NCBI GenBank assembly: GCA_963797555.1
Contig: CAWCPV010000007.1
Coordinates: 416,001 to 480,000, forward strand
DNA from: an uncultured Gammaproteobacteria bacterium
GTDB lineage: Bacteria; Pseudomonadota; Gammaproteobacteria; CAWCPV01
Direction: 5' to 3'
DNA: 64,000 bases
Shown: positions 8,879 through 24,804 of the stretch, piece by piece
Layout of the letters: each line of letters begins with the position of its first letter
Position numbering within the stretch: position 1 is the stretch's first letter
Position numbers and translations under genes: made by a program
Notes under the pieces: generated by a model
The model's database searches: none
Seen by the model: the letters and a program-made list of their open reading frames with translations, nothing else
What the model was told of the DNA's origin: nothing

Positions 8879-10256
8879 AGTCTTTGTCACCTCCGGGGTT
8901 AAGTCGGACGAAGTACGTCTTGATGAGGCCCATGCGGGCGTGGTTGAACGGCTGATCTTCGATAAGATCGGCGCGGCAGCGCGCCAGTGCCTGAGCCATG
9001 AGCGGTTGCGGAATTGGCAGGCGCTGCACGGCCACTTTCCACAGCGTGGCAGTGGTGGGAGCGGGCAAGTACTTTAGTTCGCGTACCAGCGCCCCACACA
9101 CAGCCATGAACTTCGGGTCGCGCGCCTGTCCTTTTCCGTCGCGGGCAATGACGGCGAGGTCTGCAAACCAAGCTTCGACGTTCGCTGCCAAATCCTCGAA
9201 GCGTCCCTCCATCCAGTCGCGTACCATCACCCGGCCAGCGGCCCCGGACAGGGTCAGGGCGTAGTACCGGTTATCGCCCAGGTCGGCGCGTTGGCCGCTG
9301 CGGATGGACTCCAACAGGCGCCGGACTGCTCCAAGCGCGGCGGCCTCGGTCTGCTCCGGAGTGTCGAAGCCGTACAGGAATCTCAACGGGTCATCCTCGG
9401 CCGGCACCTGCTCCTTGAACCAATGGGTCACCAGCGCATTGGCGAGTTTGCGCGAGTGGTTGCGGATCAGGTCGTTGAGGCCGTCGATATATTTCTGCGC
9501 AGCCTCGCTGCTCATGGCGGCGTTGGCCGATTGTTCCAAACCGAAGGAGTTGAACGCGGCCTTGTCGAAGCCGACCATCACGTCGCCCATCGCCAGCCCG
9601 CCCACCCCGGCAAGTCCGTTGATCTTCGGCTGGGTCGCCAAGGGGTGGACGGCCTCGCCGGTGAGAAAGCAGACCATCGCGTCGTTATCGGTCTTGGGAT
9701 CGGCGACGAGTTGGGGCTTGGGTTCGACAGCCTGTTCTTCCGCCAAGGTCAGCACGCCGCCATTCCCGCCACCATGCCTGGACCATCTCATCCAGACGAG
9801 GATCATGCGTCGACCCGCCAGCCGACCCAGTCGGAGGGTTGGCCTTCTGGGTGGCCAAGGCAGCGCGGAGTTCGGCCAGCCGGTCGGGGTCTTCCACAAG
9901 CGAGCCAAGGGCGCCAGCAGCGGGACCGTGGCGGCGGCCTCGCCCAGCAGGTGCACGAAGAAACGATGTCGCTCTTGGGCGGTTGCGACTTTCTTCGGCT
10001 CTCACCCGATTTGAACAGGAGCGCTGCCGTCTGCGCGGTCTCCACCAGGAAATGGCCTTGCCGCCGGCATTCATGCCGTGCATGTCCGGGCAGCGCGGCT
10101 GATCTTCCCCGCGTTTACCATCGCCCAACGGCAGCACGTTGAGAAAGCGCCCATCGGCGGTCAGTTCGACGCTCCAGCGCACCTCGCGGGTCTTGAACCC
10201 GGGCTCTGAGCCGGGCAGACGCCGTTCGGCATAGATCATGAGGGCTTGCAGCATGG

Positions 10257-10260
<4 letters not shown>
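8474..10260 (-). CDS. cas8c: Type I-C Cas8c (Csd1), several frameshifts
   Basis: [10 protein letters not shown]..., [62 protein letters not shown]; lies between cas5 and cas7. Confidence 0.9.
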
Positions 10261-14490
<4,230 letters not shown>

Positions 14491-14658
14491 AAGCGTTCCT
14501 CCGCGCGTGGGCCGTTAGCGCGTCGGAGTTACGGGTGCCTAGAGCGAGACGCCGATTCGATCCCCTCACCTCAGGCGCCACCTCACGCGCCCTCCCTTCT
14601 GAAGGACCGAGCGAGCGGTTGTTTCGCAACGTCCACACAACGCCTTGAGCGCGCGTTC

Positions 14659-14715
14659 GTCCATCGACCAAGCTTGGCCGCGCCGCAAGGCATCCGCCGC
14701 GGCGACAAGTTGGAC
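14659..14715 (-). other. Degenerate integron attC-like site
   Basis: Minus strand GTCCAAC-TTGTC-GCCGCGGC-GGATGCCTTGCGGCGCG-GCCAAGC-TTGGTC-GATGGAC: 57 bp with a perfect RYYYAAC box and canonical box spacing, 43 nt after the SDR stop. Confidence 0.55.
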
Positions 14716-14758
14716 ATTCGATGACTGCACGATTCCACGTCTCGTGCACCACTATGAA

Positions 14759-15544
14759 CTAATCCCTTCGACTCATCATCGCCTCGGTCCGTGCCGGAAA
14801 CAGCGCATTGAGTAGGAAAAGCAGCCGAAAGATCGCCGGCTTGATTACGATGCGCTTGTTCTTCTCAATGCCATCCGCAATTGCGACAGCGACTTCGTCA
14901 GAGGTAAGGGCATGGATTTGCGCAGCCCGTCTCGGCAACTTCTCGCGACTGCCAGGGTTGTGCTCCCAGTACGGGGTATCCACAGTACCGAATACCGCCA
15001 ACGTCACGCCGATTCCCGAACCGTACAGGTCGGCACGTAACGCCTTTGTGAAGCCTTCAACCGCCCAACGTGCGGCCGTATATGCAACCGCGCCGGGCCA
15101 GGCGAGCCGAGACGCGACCGAGGTCACATTGACGATATGGCCCTTCCCGCGCGCGAGCATTCCACCCAGGAACTCGCGAGTGAGATTAAAGGCCGCCAGA
15201 TAAGGGACAGCCATCATCTGGGCTGCTTCCTCCGCGGTGGTTTCGAGGATTGGCAGCCAGCGGCCAGCGCCGGCGTTATTGACCAGAATGTCTGGGACGC
15301 CGAAAGCTGAAACGATCGCGGGGGCCGCCGTTGAAATGGCGTGCGGATCAGCAAGGTCCACGGCGTACACGTCCGCCTTGCCGCCGCGGGAGCGGATGTC
15401 CGAGGCGACTGCGTCCAGGCGTGCCTTATTCCGAGCAAGAAGAACCACTCTGCTCCCCCTTGCAGAGAGGGCGTGCGCGGTAGCTTCGCCGATCCCGCTC
15501 GACGCGCCCGTCAAGATAGACAACGCATTCCTGATTCTCGGCAC
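14759..15544 (-). CDS. Short-chain dehydrogenase/reductase
   Basis: TGASSGIG, LVNNAG, IVNVTSVA, YTAAR (variant of YxxxK). Confidence 0.92.
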   Translation of the reverse strand: MPRIRNALSILTGASSGIGEATAHALSARGSRVVLLARNKARLDAVASDIRSRGGKADVYAVDLADPHAISTAAPAIVSAFGVPDILVNNAGAGRWLPILETTAEEAAQMMAVPYLAAFNLTREFLGGMLARGKGHIVNVTSVASRLAWPGAVAYTAARWAVEGFTKALRADLYGSGIGVTLAVFGTVDTPYWEHNPGSREKLPRRAAQIHALTSDEVAVAIADGIEKNKRIVIKPAIFRLLFLLNALFPARTEAMMSRRD

Positions 15545-15734
15545 GGCCTTCTACCCCCTCTACCACCTTCTACCTCGCTGACGTAATGCCTACTAAACGG
15601 GGACAGCAACCGTCGCGGGCGTTGGAAAACGCCGTTCATACCGTTACGGCAATGCCGGGCGCGGCACGGCGCGTCAGGGTTTGCGCTCGTGAGGCGCATA
15701 GCCGCAGTGACGGTCCCGGCGTTCTTTCTTTGGG

Positions 15735-16151
15735 TCATGGGCTGGAAACGGATGGATCCAGCACCTGCAGATCGTGGAAATAGCTGCGATAAAAGCCCCG
15801 GTCCCGTGTCAGCAGCCGATCGCATCTGGCCAATGCGTGAGCGGCGATCAGGAAATCCGCGGCGACCCGCCCGCGCTTGCCGCTCCGTTCCCTGTAGAGT
15901 CGCCATGCAGCCCCGGCTTTGATAGCAACGTCGCGTTCCACAGGCTGGAAGTCGATTCCGAGCGCGGTCATCGCGTGGAGGAAGACGCCCTCGTCCGGGA
16001 AAGCCGCCGCGGTCTCCGCCCACACAACCTCACACGCCACCACGGCACCCGCGGCCAGACACGAGCGGAGCGCGCGTGCCGAGATCTGTCCGAAGTTGGC
16101 GTCGGCCCCGAAGACATCGAGCAGAACATTCGTGTCGACCGCCGTGATCAT
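15735..16151 (-). CDS. VapC PIN-domain toxin
   Basis: MITAVDTNVLLDV ... VWAE ... ADFLIAAHA ... LLTRDRGFYRSYF. Confidence 0.92.
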   Translation of the reverse strand: MITAVDTNVLLDVFGADANFGQISARALRSCLAAGAVVACEVVWAETAAAFPDEGVFLHAMTALGIDFQPVERDVAIKAGAAWRLYRERSGKRGRVAADFLIAAHALARCDRLLTRDRGFYRSYFHDLQVLDPSVSSP

Positions 16152-16369
16152 TCCCTACCGCGAAGCTCCTGCATCACCGCGTCCGTCCCACGCTTCAGGC
16201 GCAGACAGCCGTAAACCTGCTCTACGGGGTCGGTCGAAGAGACCTTTACCGCAATCAACCGGCCGTCCGATGTATCAAAGTCGAGGACCGTCCCAGGTCT
16301 GATCCCAAGGCGTTCACGCAGGAGCTTGGGAATTGTGACCTGGCCCCGCTCGGCAACCTTCGCTCTCAT
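16148..16369 (-). CDS. AbrB/MazE-family antitoxin
   Basis: MRAKVAERGQVTIPKLLRERLGIRPGTVLDF; ATGA overlap with the toxin. Confidence 0.92.
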   Translation of the reverse strand: MRAKVAERGQVTIPKLLRERLGIRPGTVLDFDTSDGRLIAVKVSSTDPVEQVYGCLRLKRGTDAVMQELRGRE

Positions 16370-16677
16370 CTCACACGTCCTGCATGAAAAATCTCGTACG
16401 CAATCATACTTCGCAGTTCAGGACGCAGCAATTTGATGCACATACCATACATACCAGTAGGGCGGTCACGACCCGCGGCCCGATGTCGGACCGGCACACG
16501 CCTGGGAAATCGCAGCGGCGCACCGGACGAGCCGCGGCCGGTGGTGGTGCAGAGAGCGCAGCCAACGCCCAGCACAAGAAGGAGGGAGCATGATTTCCGC
16601 CTTGGGCGGCTCACGGTGTTATGGTGCCTTTGAAGCGCTCATCGGCCTGCTCCCGTCTTCCGCATGGCCTCTTCGGC

Positions 16678-16795
16678 CTTGTCGAGCTTATCCATCCTCC
16701 TCCGCGGCCTCGTCGTCGGCCTCGGGCGGGTCCCACCCCGCGGCCGCCGCGGCGGGCGTCGCGCGCGTGGCCTCTTCGGCCAGCGCCTTCAGCCG
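16678..16795. repeat. Copy 2 of the aas-3'/WYL-5' junction, including an MDKLDK stub
   Basis: The aas tail GWDPPEADDEAAEEDG* overlaps an ATG reading MDKLDKAEEAMRKTGAGR*; the first six residues match the real WYL start. Confidence 0.9.
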
Positions 16796-19700
16796 CACGT
16801 AGTCGACCTTGCCGCTGCCGAGCAGCGGCAGCTCCTCGACCTTCAGGATGGTCTTGGGAATGCTGAACTCCGCGATGCCCTGCTGCCTGGCGAAGGCGAC
16901 CAGCGCCTCGCGCCTGGCGTCGGCCTGGTCGGTGACCAGCACCAGTTGCTCGCCTTTCTTGGGATCGGGAAGGCTCACCACCGCGTGGGCGTGCTCCGGC
17001 CAGAGGTGCGACACGTAACCCTCCACCGCGGTGAGGGACACCATCTCGCCGCCGATCTTAGCGAAGCGCTTGGCGCGGCCCTTGATGACGATGTAGTCGT
17101 GATCCTCGATGGCGACGATGTCGCCCGTGTCGTACCAGCCGTCCTGCGGAGGCTGCAGCACCCCCGGCTTGTCGACCTGCAGGTAGCCCGCCATGACGTT
17201 CGGGCCGCGAGACCAGCAGCCTGCCGCCCTCTTCGATGCCCGGGATCGGCTCCAGGCGGCTGGTTATGCCCGGGACCAGCCTTCCTACCGAACCGGTGCG
17301 GTTCTGCATGGGGGTGTTGAGCGCGAGCACGGGACCGGTCTCGGTCGCGCCGTACCCTTCCAGGATGCGGATGCCGAACTTCTCGCTCCACAGGCGGCGC
17401 GTCTCGCCCTTCAGCCGCTCCGCGCCCGCGAACACGTAGCGCATGCTGTAGAAGTCGTAGGGATGGGCGAAGCGTGCATAGCCCGACAGGAAGGTGTCCG
17501 TGCCGAACATGATGGTGGCGTTGGTCTCGTAGGCCAGCTCGGGCACGATCCGGTAGTGCAGGGGAGAGGGGTAGAGGAAGGCGCGCACTCCGGAGAGGAT
17601 GGGAAGGATGGTGCCGCAGGTCAGCCCGAAGGAGTGGAACATCGGCAGCGCGTTGAACACCGTGTCGGTGGGGCCGAAGTCGATGCGTGACACTACCTGG
17701 TAACGGTTGGCCTGGAGGTTGGCGTGGGTCAGCACCACGCCCTTCGGAGCGCCCTCGGTGCCGGAGGTGAACAGGATGGCGGCCGCGGTGTCCGGGTCTC
17801 GCTGCCGGCTCGTGATCAGGTAATAGAGCTGGGGAATCCAGCGTCCCACCAGCCCCAGGACTTTGTCCAACCTTCCGATGCGTTCCCGCACGTCCTCCAG
17901 GTAGGCGAGGCGGACGCCGGCCCCCTCGATCGCCTTCGCCATGTCTGCCAGCCTCGCCATCTCCAGGAAGCGGCGCGATGTGTAGACGGTCCGGATGGCC
18001 GCCGACTGGCAACCGAGCACGGCGTTGCGGGTGCCGGTCGAGAAGTTCAGCATGGCGGGCACCCTACCGAAGGCATGCAGCCCGAAGAACGCGACGGCGG
18101 TGCCCGTGGCATTGGGGAGCAGCAGTCCGACGTGCTCACCGGGCCGGGACCCCGCGGCGAGGCGCCTTCCGAGAACGAAGCTCGCGGTGATGAGGCGGCT
18201 ATAGCCCAAGGGCTTGCGCTCAACGTCCTCCAGCACCGGATGGCGCGCTCCATGGGTCTTGCGCGCGTCGAGGAGCGATTGGAAGAGGGTGTGGCGGTAA
18301 TCGCTGCTCTCGAACAGCATCTCCGCCATCAGGGCGTACAGACGGTCCGCCGCGTACTGGCGCCTCTTGCGGCCTTTGATCTCGGCCGGTACGTCGAAAG
18401 TCCTCGGCTCCAGGAACTGGACGCGGATCTTGGGAAACCACCGGATGCGGACCTTCCCGCGCAGGCGCGAGAAGGGCGTGTACTGGGCGCCGTCGAGGCG
18501 CACCGGCAGCAGCATCGCCCCAGCCTTGTCGGCGACCAGACCGGGCCCCTCGTAGACCTTCATGAGCGAGCCCGTGACCGTGATCCGGCCCTCCGGGAAG
18601 ATGACCAGCTTCTCACCGCGCCGCACCGCCTCGATCAGCGCGCGGGTGGCCATGGGGTTAGTGGGGTCGACCGGGTGCGTCTTCGCCAGCCAGAGGAAGT
18701 AACGGATGAAGCTCTGCTTGGCGATACGGGTGTCGACGGCGAAGGTCAGCGGGTCGGGCACGTAGGCCGCGATGAGCACGGCGTCCAGGAACGAGAGGTG
18801 ATTGGCGACGATGAGCACCCGGTCACCGGCCTTGAAGTAATTCTTGATGCCCTGCACGTCCACCCGGTACAGCGTCTCGAGGAGCCAGGCGATCATCGCC
18901 TTCACCAGAGCGCCGGGTAGCAGTTGGGAGATGTATACGGCCACCCCGGCATTGAGGAGGGCCGTGACCAGGAACACCTGCGGAACCGAGAACCCCAGCT
19001 CCAGCATCCCCACCGTGGCCAGGGCCGACAGGACCATGAACGCCGCGTTGATGACGTTATTGCTGGCGATGTTGCGGGCCCGGTGGCTCGGCTCGCTGCG
19101 CTCCTGCAGCAGGGCGTAGAGCGGTACGATGTAGACGCCGCCGGACACCGCGATGAGCAGCAAATCCAGCAAGATCCGCCAGCTCGCGGCATGGGACAGG
19201 AACGCCCACGCACCGAGGAGCTGGCCTGGGGTGCCCAGGGGATGCCCGGTGGCGAAGAACAGGTCGATGGAGAACAGCGTGATGCCGACGGCGCCGAGTG
19301 GGACGTAGGTGGCGTGGATGGCCCCCTTGAGGAGCCGGTTGCAGAGCAGCAATCCGAGCGCGATGCCCACCGAGAACACGGTGAGGAAGAGGGTGACCAC
19401 TTGCTGGTCGCCCCCGACAACGTCCTTCGTCAGGCTCGGAAACTGAGCGAGGAAGGTCCCGCCGACGAGCCAGAACCAGGAAATGCCCAGGATGCACAGG
19501 AAGATGACCCGGGACGCGGCGGCGTGGCGGACGATGCGCCAGGTCTCCGACACGATGTTGTAGCTGACCTTGAGGTCGGGCGAGCCGGACTGGGTGGGCA
19601 GGATGTATCGGCTGGCCGCCCATCCGCCCACCGCGACCGCGAGCACCAGCAAGGAGACGATGGCGGCGCCGTGGTGCGCCAGGATGACCAGACCCCCGAC

Positions 19701-20189
19701 GATGGTGCCCAGCAGGATGGCGAGGAACGTTCCCGCCTCGATGAATGCGTTGCCCCCAATCAGCTCCTCCTCGCCGAGCTGGTCGGGAAGGATGCCGTAC
19801 TTGAGCGGACCGAAGAAGGTGGCCTGCGTGCCCAGCAGAAACAACACGGTCACCAAGAACGGCACGCTGCTGAAGTAGAAGCCGATGGCGGCGGCGAGCA
19901 TGATGAGGATCTCGGCCAGCTTGATCCATCGGATCAGCATGGCCTTGTCGTAGCGGTCGGCGAGCTGCCCCGCGGTCGCGGAGAACAGGAAGAAAGGGAG
20001 GATGAAGATGCCCGCCGCCAGCGTCACCATGACCTGCCCGTTCAGGTTGGTCCGGGCGGCCAGGACGTAGGTGATCAGGATCACCAGGGCGTTCTTGTAC
20101 ACGTTGTCGTTGAACGCTCCCAGGAACTGGGTCACGAACAGCGGCAGGAAACGGCGGGTCCCTAGCAGGGCAAACTGGCTCTCGCGCAC
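16688..20189 (-). CDS. aas: MFS-acyltransferase-acyl-ACP synthetase fusion (Aas-like), frameshift near 17200
   Basis: LplT-like MFS (FLGAFNDNVYKNAL), PlsC motifs NHLSFLD and FPEG, AMP-binding FTSGTEGAPKG, EGYGATE, WYDTGD, KRFAKIGGEMVSL. Confidence 0.93.
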
Positions 20190-20815
20190 GGTCGGGTCTC
20201 CCTACAGCAACTGGGGTTTCGGTCGAGTTGTCGTTTTCTGGGGTGCGGCGGGCGGCCGGGCTTCGCGGCTGTCGCCTTCTGAACCCAAGCATCGTATCGC
20301 ATCCGGGGCGGGCATGTGCATCATCGAGGGGTCCGGTGTTTGTCCTGCCGGGGCGCCGGCCCTCGATACGATGGGTCCCATGGCGTCGCGCCCAGCCGAT
20401 GAATACGGGGCGCTTCAGACCGGGTCCTCGTTCACCGGATTGGGGCGGCCATTGCGCTTCCCCTGGGCCTTTGGATTACGATCGTGCAGTCGGGCGGTGG
20501 ACCCGGCGAGATTCGAGAACTTGTGAATCGCTCTGCTGCGCGTCCTGACAGGCGCATTGCCGGGCCTGCGAGACTTCGGCTTTCGCCCCCATCCGGACCT
20601 TTCCCCATCAAGAGGGTGCCGACGAGAGCGCGGATCTCGCTCGCCCTCCACCGGGAAGGCGATGACGATTATGCAGTGGCAATCAATCTACGCGACCAAA
20701 GGGAAGGAGTAACAGCCTCGCGGCCTTGGGCGGTGCGCGGTTGAGCGTCGCCTTCGAGGCGTTCACCCAATGAGCCCCAGCTACGGGGGGGCGATTCGAC
20801 GTTGGAGGATGAGCA

Positions 20816-21569
20816 ATGACCGATAACACCCCATCTTCGGACCAGAGCAAGGACGAGGGCGACGCTTCCGGTTCCGCAACCTCCGCCGCCCCGGCGAATT
20901 CCAATGGCTCTCGGCAGTCCCTCGGCCCAGTCTTCTATATCCTGATGACGATCGTCGGGGCCATCATCGTCGCGGTCTTTCTAGGGCTCTGGATGAGTAA
21001 GCTTCCGGTGATCGACCAACTGAGAAACCCCGACTATGCACGGGGCCTGATCACCTTCTTGGTCTCCGTGGGCGCCGTCACGTTCGGCCTGATCCTCCTG
21101 ATAACCGCGCTGTTCGCCTCGGACCCGAAGATGGAGGACCAGAAGTTCCGGCGGGCACGGGAGACCTTCACGGTGTTCACCGGCATCCTCGGCACCATCG
21201 TCGGCTTCTACTTCGGCTCCGCAGAGAAAGGGGTCTCGAAGTTCGAATCTCGCAGTGACCCAGGAGTCGGCAGGAGACCACGTGCGCCTGACCGCACACG
21301 CGAACGGAGGGACGCCGCCGTACAGGTATGTGGTGCGCCCGCTCCACCCCGAACCCGCGGTATCCGAAGACGGGTGGTTCACTCTGCTGATCCCGCTGAC
21401 CGCGGAAAACAAGGGTCAGGATCTCTCCATCGAGGTAAGCGACGGCAAAGACCAGCAGGCCGTGAAGAAGCTGAGGCTCTTGGAGCCACGGGGCCAGGGG
21501 CCGAAAGCCCAGGCACCGGAACTGCCGGCGGGCGCAGGGCAGCCGCCGCCCGAGCGAGGATCCAAGTAG
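20816..21569 (+). CDS. Hypothetical membrane protein (3 TM plus C-terminal beta-rich domain), frameshift near 21245
   Basis: Hydrophobic helices ending GILGTIVGFYFGS; the next frame continues LTAHANGGTPPYRY...IEVSDGK. Confidence 0.6.
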
Positions 21570-22088
21570 CGAGCCCCGGCGCCGCCAGAGGCGCCGCTCG
21601 TCCCCAGGCAGCCGAGGCTGCGCTGAGAACTACGGCGGACGGAGCGCGCGCCTGGGAGCAGCCCCGACGCGCCGGTCCAGCGGACGCCGCGCTTGCTCCG
21701 CACCACACCGTGCCGGCAATCGGCTGGACTTGTGGCTGTCATCCTCTTGGCAGATGATATGCCCCGGTGAGAGGCTATGGGGTGTGCGCGGCTGCGCTCA
21801 GTGGGGCAGGGCGCATGCCTCGTCCGGACTCGATAACGACAAAACGGGCAGCGACCAGACGACGAAGAAGGCCAAGCTTTGCCGAGGTGCTCGCCGAGCT
21901 TTGAGTCATGCCACGGTCCCGAGATCATTGAGGCTGTAGCAGCATACTCCCTCGGTGACGGCGGCGAGGCTGGGGGTGAAGCGGCGGGCCTGCGAGATTC
22001 GGTCCCGTCGGTGCAGTCCTGGCGGCGGCTAGGCCCACCAGGGCTGCGCACTGGTGTTCGATTAAGCGGGTGATGACAAAGGAGCGAG

Positions 22089-22901
22089 ATGATGAGCCAT
22101 TCCGACGAGTCGATTGAGAAACTCACCGAGACCGTCAACACTCTGGTCGTCGCTCTCGCGAAGAGCTAGAACCGATACCGATCGATGGAACGGGTCTACC
22201 GATGGATGGCGGCCGGTCTCGTCGGCCTGTCCTCGGTCGTGTTCTATCTCGCATTCAACGTCGCCACCGGCGCGCGCGCGGATACGCCGAACTCGGAATT
22301 GCAGCAGATAGCCTCTGCACTCAAGGACATGAGCGAGAACGGATTGATCGTGAACTGGCCCAAGACCATGCAGGCGTTGGGCCCAATCGCGCAAACCCTG
22401 TTTCAAACGGCCTTGGCGCCGGAGCACGCCCCCAACTGGGGATGGGGAACACGCTCGGGACCGCAACCGCCGGCAGCACCGCTACCGGTACCGCCGCAGA
22501 GGGCAGCGGCACCGCAGCCGCGGGCGGCCCAGCAGCCCCAAGTGACGGGCTCGACGGCGCAGGCCGGGCAGACCCCGCAGCCCCAGGCGCCGACGGGCCC
22601 CATAACGTTGGGCGAGGTCGTGCAGGATCTGGCGATCCTGATAACGAACACCAAGCAGGACTCGGACTGGTTGAGGCAGCACACACAACCGCCCACCGAA
22701 GTATCCGCCGAGCTGGCACAGATGAATGTGGCGCTCTCGGCAATTCCCGCCATGGCGGCCGACATGCATCAGATGGATATCGCCATGACCGCGGTGCCGC
22801 CCATGGTTGGCGAGATGCACCAAATGAACCTCTCGATGGGACTGATGTCCAGGTCCATCGGATCGACCATGGGACGCATGGGCCGCATGTTCCCGTTCTA
22901 G
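22089..22901 (+). CDS. Hypothetical membrane-anchored protein with Pro/Gln linker and Met-rich heptad tail; in-frame TAG at 22167
   Basis: GGAG RBS before ATG 22089, in frame with ORF 22185-22901; tail MAADMHQMDIAM...MGRMGRMFPF. Confidence 0.65.
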
Positions 22902-22969
22902 CTAGCCGATCACGCTCGGGACACGGGGTCCTTTCTGGACCTCGCCCGCCCGCCGAGGTGCAAACACCC

Positions 22970-23178
22970 CAGACCTTGTGAAGAAATCGTCGCGAGCGGG
23001 CCGAGAGCAGGCGCCCGGAGAGCAGGGAGGAGACTTATCGAATGGATAGGCGAGGAGCGACCGAATGGCAGGATAGCCATTCGGCACGTCCGCAGGACGC
23101 CCCAAAAGGGTGGCGTACAGGGAGGCACGCCATGACCGAATGGCAGGACAGCCATTCGGCACGTCCTCACAAGCTCTG
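22970..23178. mobile_element. MITE-like element with IS1182-type ends
   Basis: Imperfect terminal inverted repeats CAGACCTTGTGAAG / CCTCACAAGCTCTG, plus two 33-bp internal palindromic repeats (23059-23091, 23134-23166). Confidence 0.6.
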
Positions 23179-23179
23179 A

Positions 23180-24804
23180 GAGCCTGTGAAAAAATCCCCG
23201 AAGCCGCTGCAATGGTGTAAAGTTTCGCCGTTCATTTGTCCACCCAGGGGGGGCCGGAGCGAAGTGGACAACTCACTCTTTGACGAAGAGCAGGCACCGA
23301 TCCCGACCACTGAGGAGTGCAAGGGGCAAGCGGTGCGGAGTGCACCGCCGCGCTACCAGCGGCCCAACCGTGCCCAAGTCGAGCTGCGGGCCTGTGATCT
23401 GGAGGCGCTGATTCCCGAGGACCATCCGGTGCGCACGGTCTGGGCGTTCGTGGAAGGGATCGATCTTTCGCCCCTGTACCAGAGTATCCGGGCCGTGGAG
23501 GGACAAGCGGGACGCCCGGCGATTGACCCTGCCATCCTGATGGCGCTGTGGCTGTATGCGACCCTGGAGGGGGTGGGCAGTGCCCGGACGCTGGAGCGCT
23601 TGTGCCAACAGCATGATGCTTACCGCTGGCTGTGCGGTGGAGTGTCGGTCAACTACCACACGCTGGCGGATTTTCGGGTGGCGCAGGGTGCGTTTCTCGA
23701 CCATCAGCTCACTGTGAGTGTGGCCACGCTCATGTCCGAGGGGCTGGTCGCCATGAAGCGGGTGGCTCAGGACGGAGTGCGCATCCGCGCCTCGGCCGGA
23801 GCCGCCTCCTTCCGTCGTCAACCCACCTTGGAGAGCTGTCTTCAAGAGGCCCACGCGCAGGTCGAAGCGCTGCGCCAGGAGCTGCAAGACGACCCGGCAG
23901 CGACCTCCAAGCGCGAGAGAGCCGCCCGCCTGCGGGCAGCCCAAGAACGCGAGCAGCGGGTGCAGAAGGCGCTGGAGCAGGTTCCTCAGGTCGAAGCCAA
24001 GAAGAAGGCAGCGGAGAAGGCCAAGGCACGGGTCTCCACCGCCGACCCCGAGGCTCGGGTGATGAAGATGGCCGACGGCGGGTTCCGCCCGGCCTTCAAC
24101 GGCCAGTTTTGCACCGACACGGAAACCCAAATCGTCGTGGGGGTCGACCTCAACAATGAAGGCAGCGACCAAGGCGGAGATGGTGCCGATGCTCGGGCAG
24201 CTTGTCGAGCGTTATCAAGTGCTGCCTGAAGAGACCCTGGTCGATGGAGGCTTTGCCAACAAGCAGGCCATTGAAGCGGCCACCAACGCCGGCTCCACGG
24301 TCTACGCCCCGGTACAAAAGCCCAAAGACCCCGAGCGCGACCCCCACACCGCGCTGCCCGATGATAGTCCAGCGGTGGCCGCGTGGCGAAGCCGCATGGG
24401 CACCGAACAGGCCAAGGACATCTACAAGCAGCGGGCCTCCACCGCCGAGTGTGTCAACGCCATCGCGAGAAACCGGGGACTGCGCCAATTCACCGTGCGT
24501 GGACTGCAGAAGGTCAAAAGCGTGTTGCTGTGGTATGCCCTTGCCCACAACCTGATGCGGGCAGCCTTCTTGCGCCTGCAGCAGGCTGGCCAGCCACAAT
24601 ACAGCACGGCATAGCCCTTGAGATGAAGGGTTTGGCGCCTCGCGCGGGCGCCTGCGAAGGACCCCACCTCGCTTGGGCGCGAGCAAGTCCGGGTTCGACC
24701 CGATGCAGCACCAAAGCTATATCATGCTCGGCTAATATTCTTTCGTCACCTCCCAGCGATCTTGGGTCACCTGAACCGCGGAGATTCGATAAATTCACAA
24801 GCTC
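23180..24804 (+). mobile_element. IS1182-family insertion sequence (transposase about 23264-24614, frameshift near 24175)
   Basis: LEALIPEDHPVR, GRPAIDPAILMALWLYA, YRWLCGG...NYHTLADFR, VAQDG, DPEARVMK, YKQRASTAE. Inverted repeats GAGCCTGTGAA / TTCACAAGCTC, each flanked by TGA. Confidence 0.9.

Noticed and set aside
7695-9956. 753-aa Cas8c-Cas7 fusion ORF
   Set aside because: Most simply explained by single-base indels; the intervening frame is non-homologous while the proper cas8c tail lies in another frame.
23059-23166. Two 33-bp palindromic repeats resembling a mini-CRISPR
   Set aside because: Only two copies, unrelated to the I-C repeat, and enclosed by IS-like inverted repeats; a MITE interior fits better.
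24156-24229. Programmed frameshift in the IS1182 transposase (likewise ISL3 and ISNCY)
   Set aside because: No clear slippery heptamer, these families are usually single-ORF, and indels are common in this assembly.
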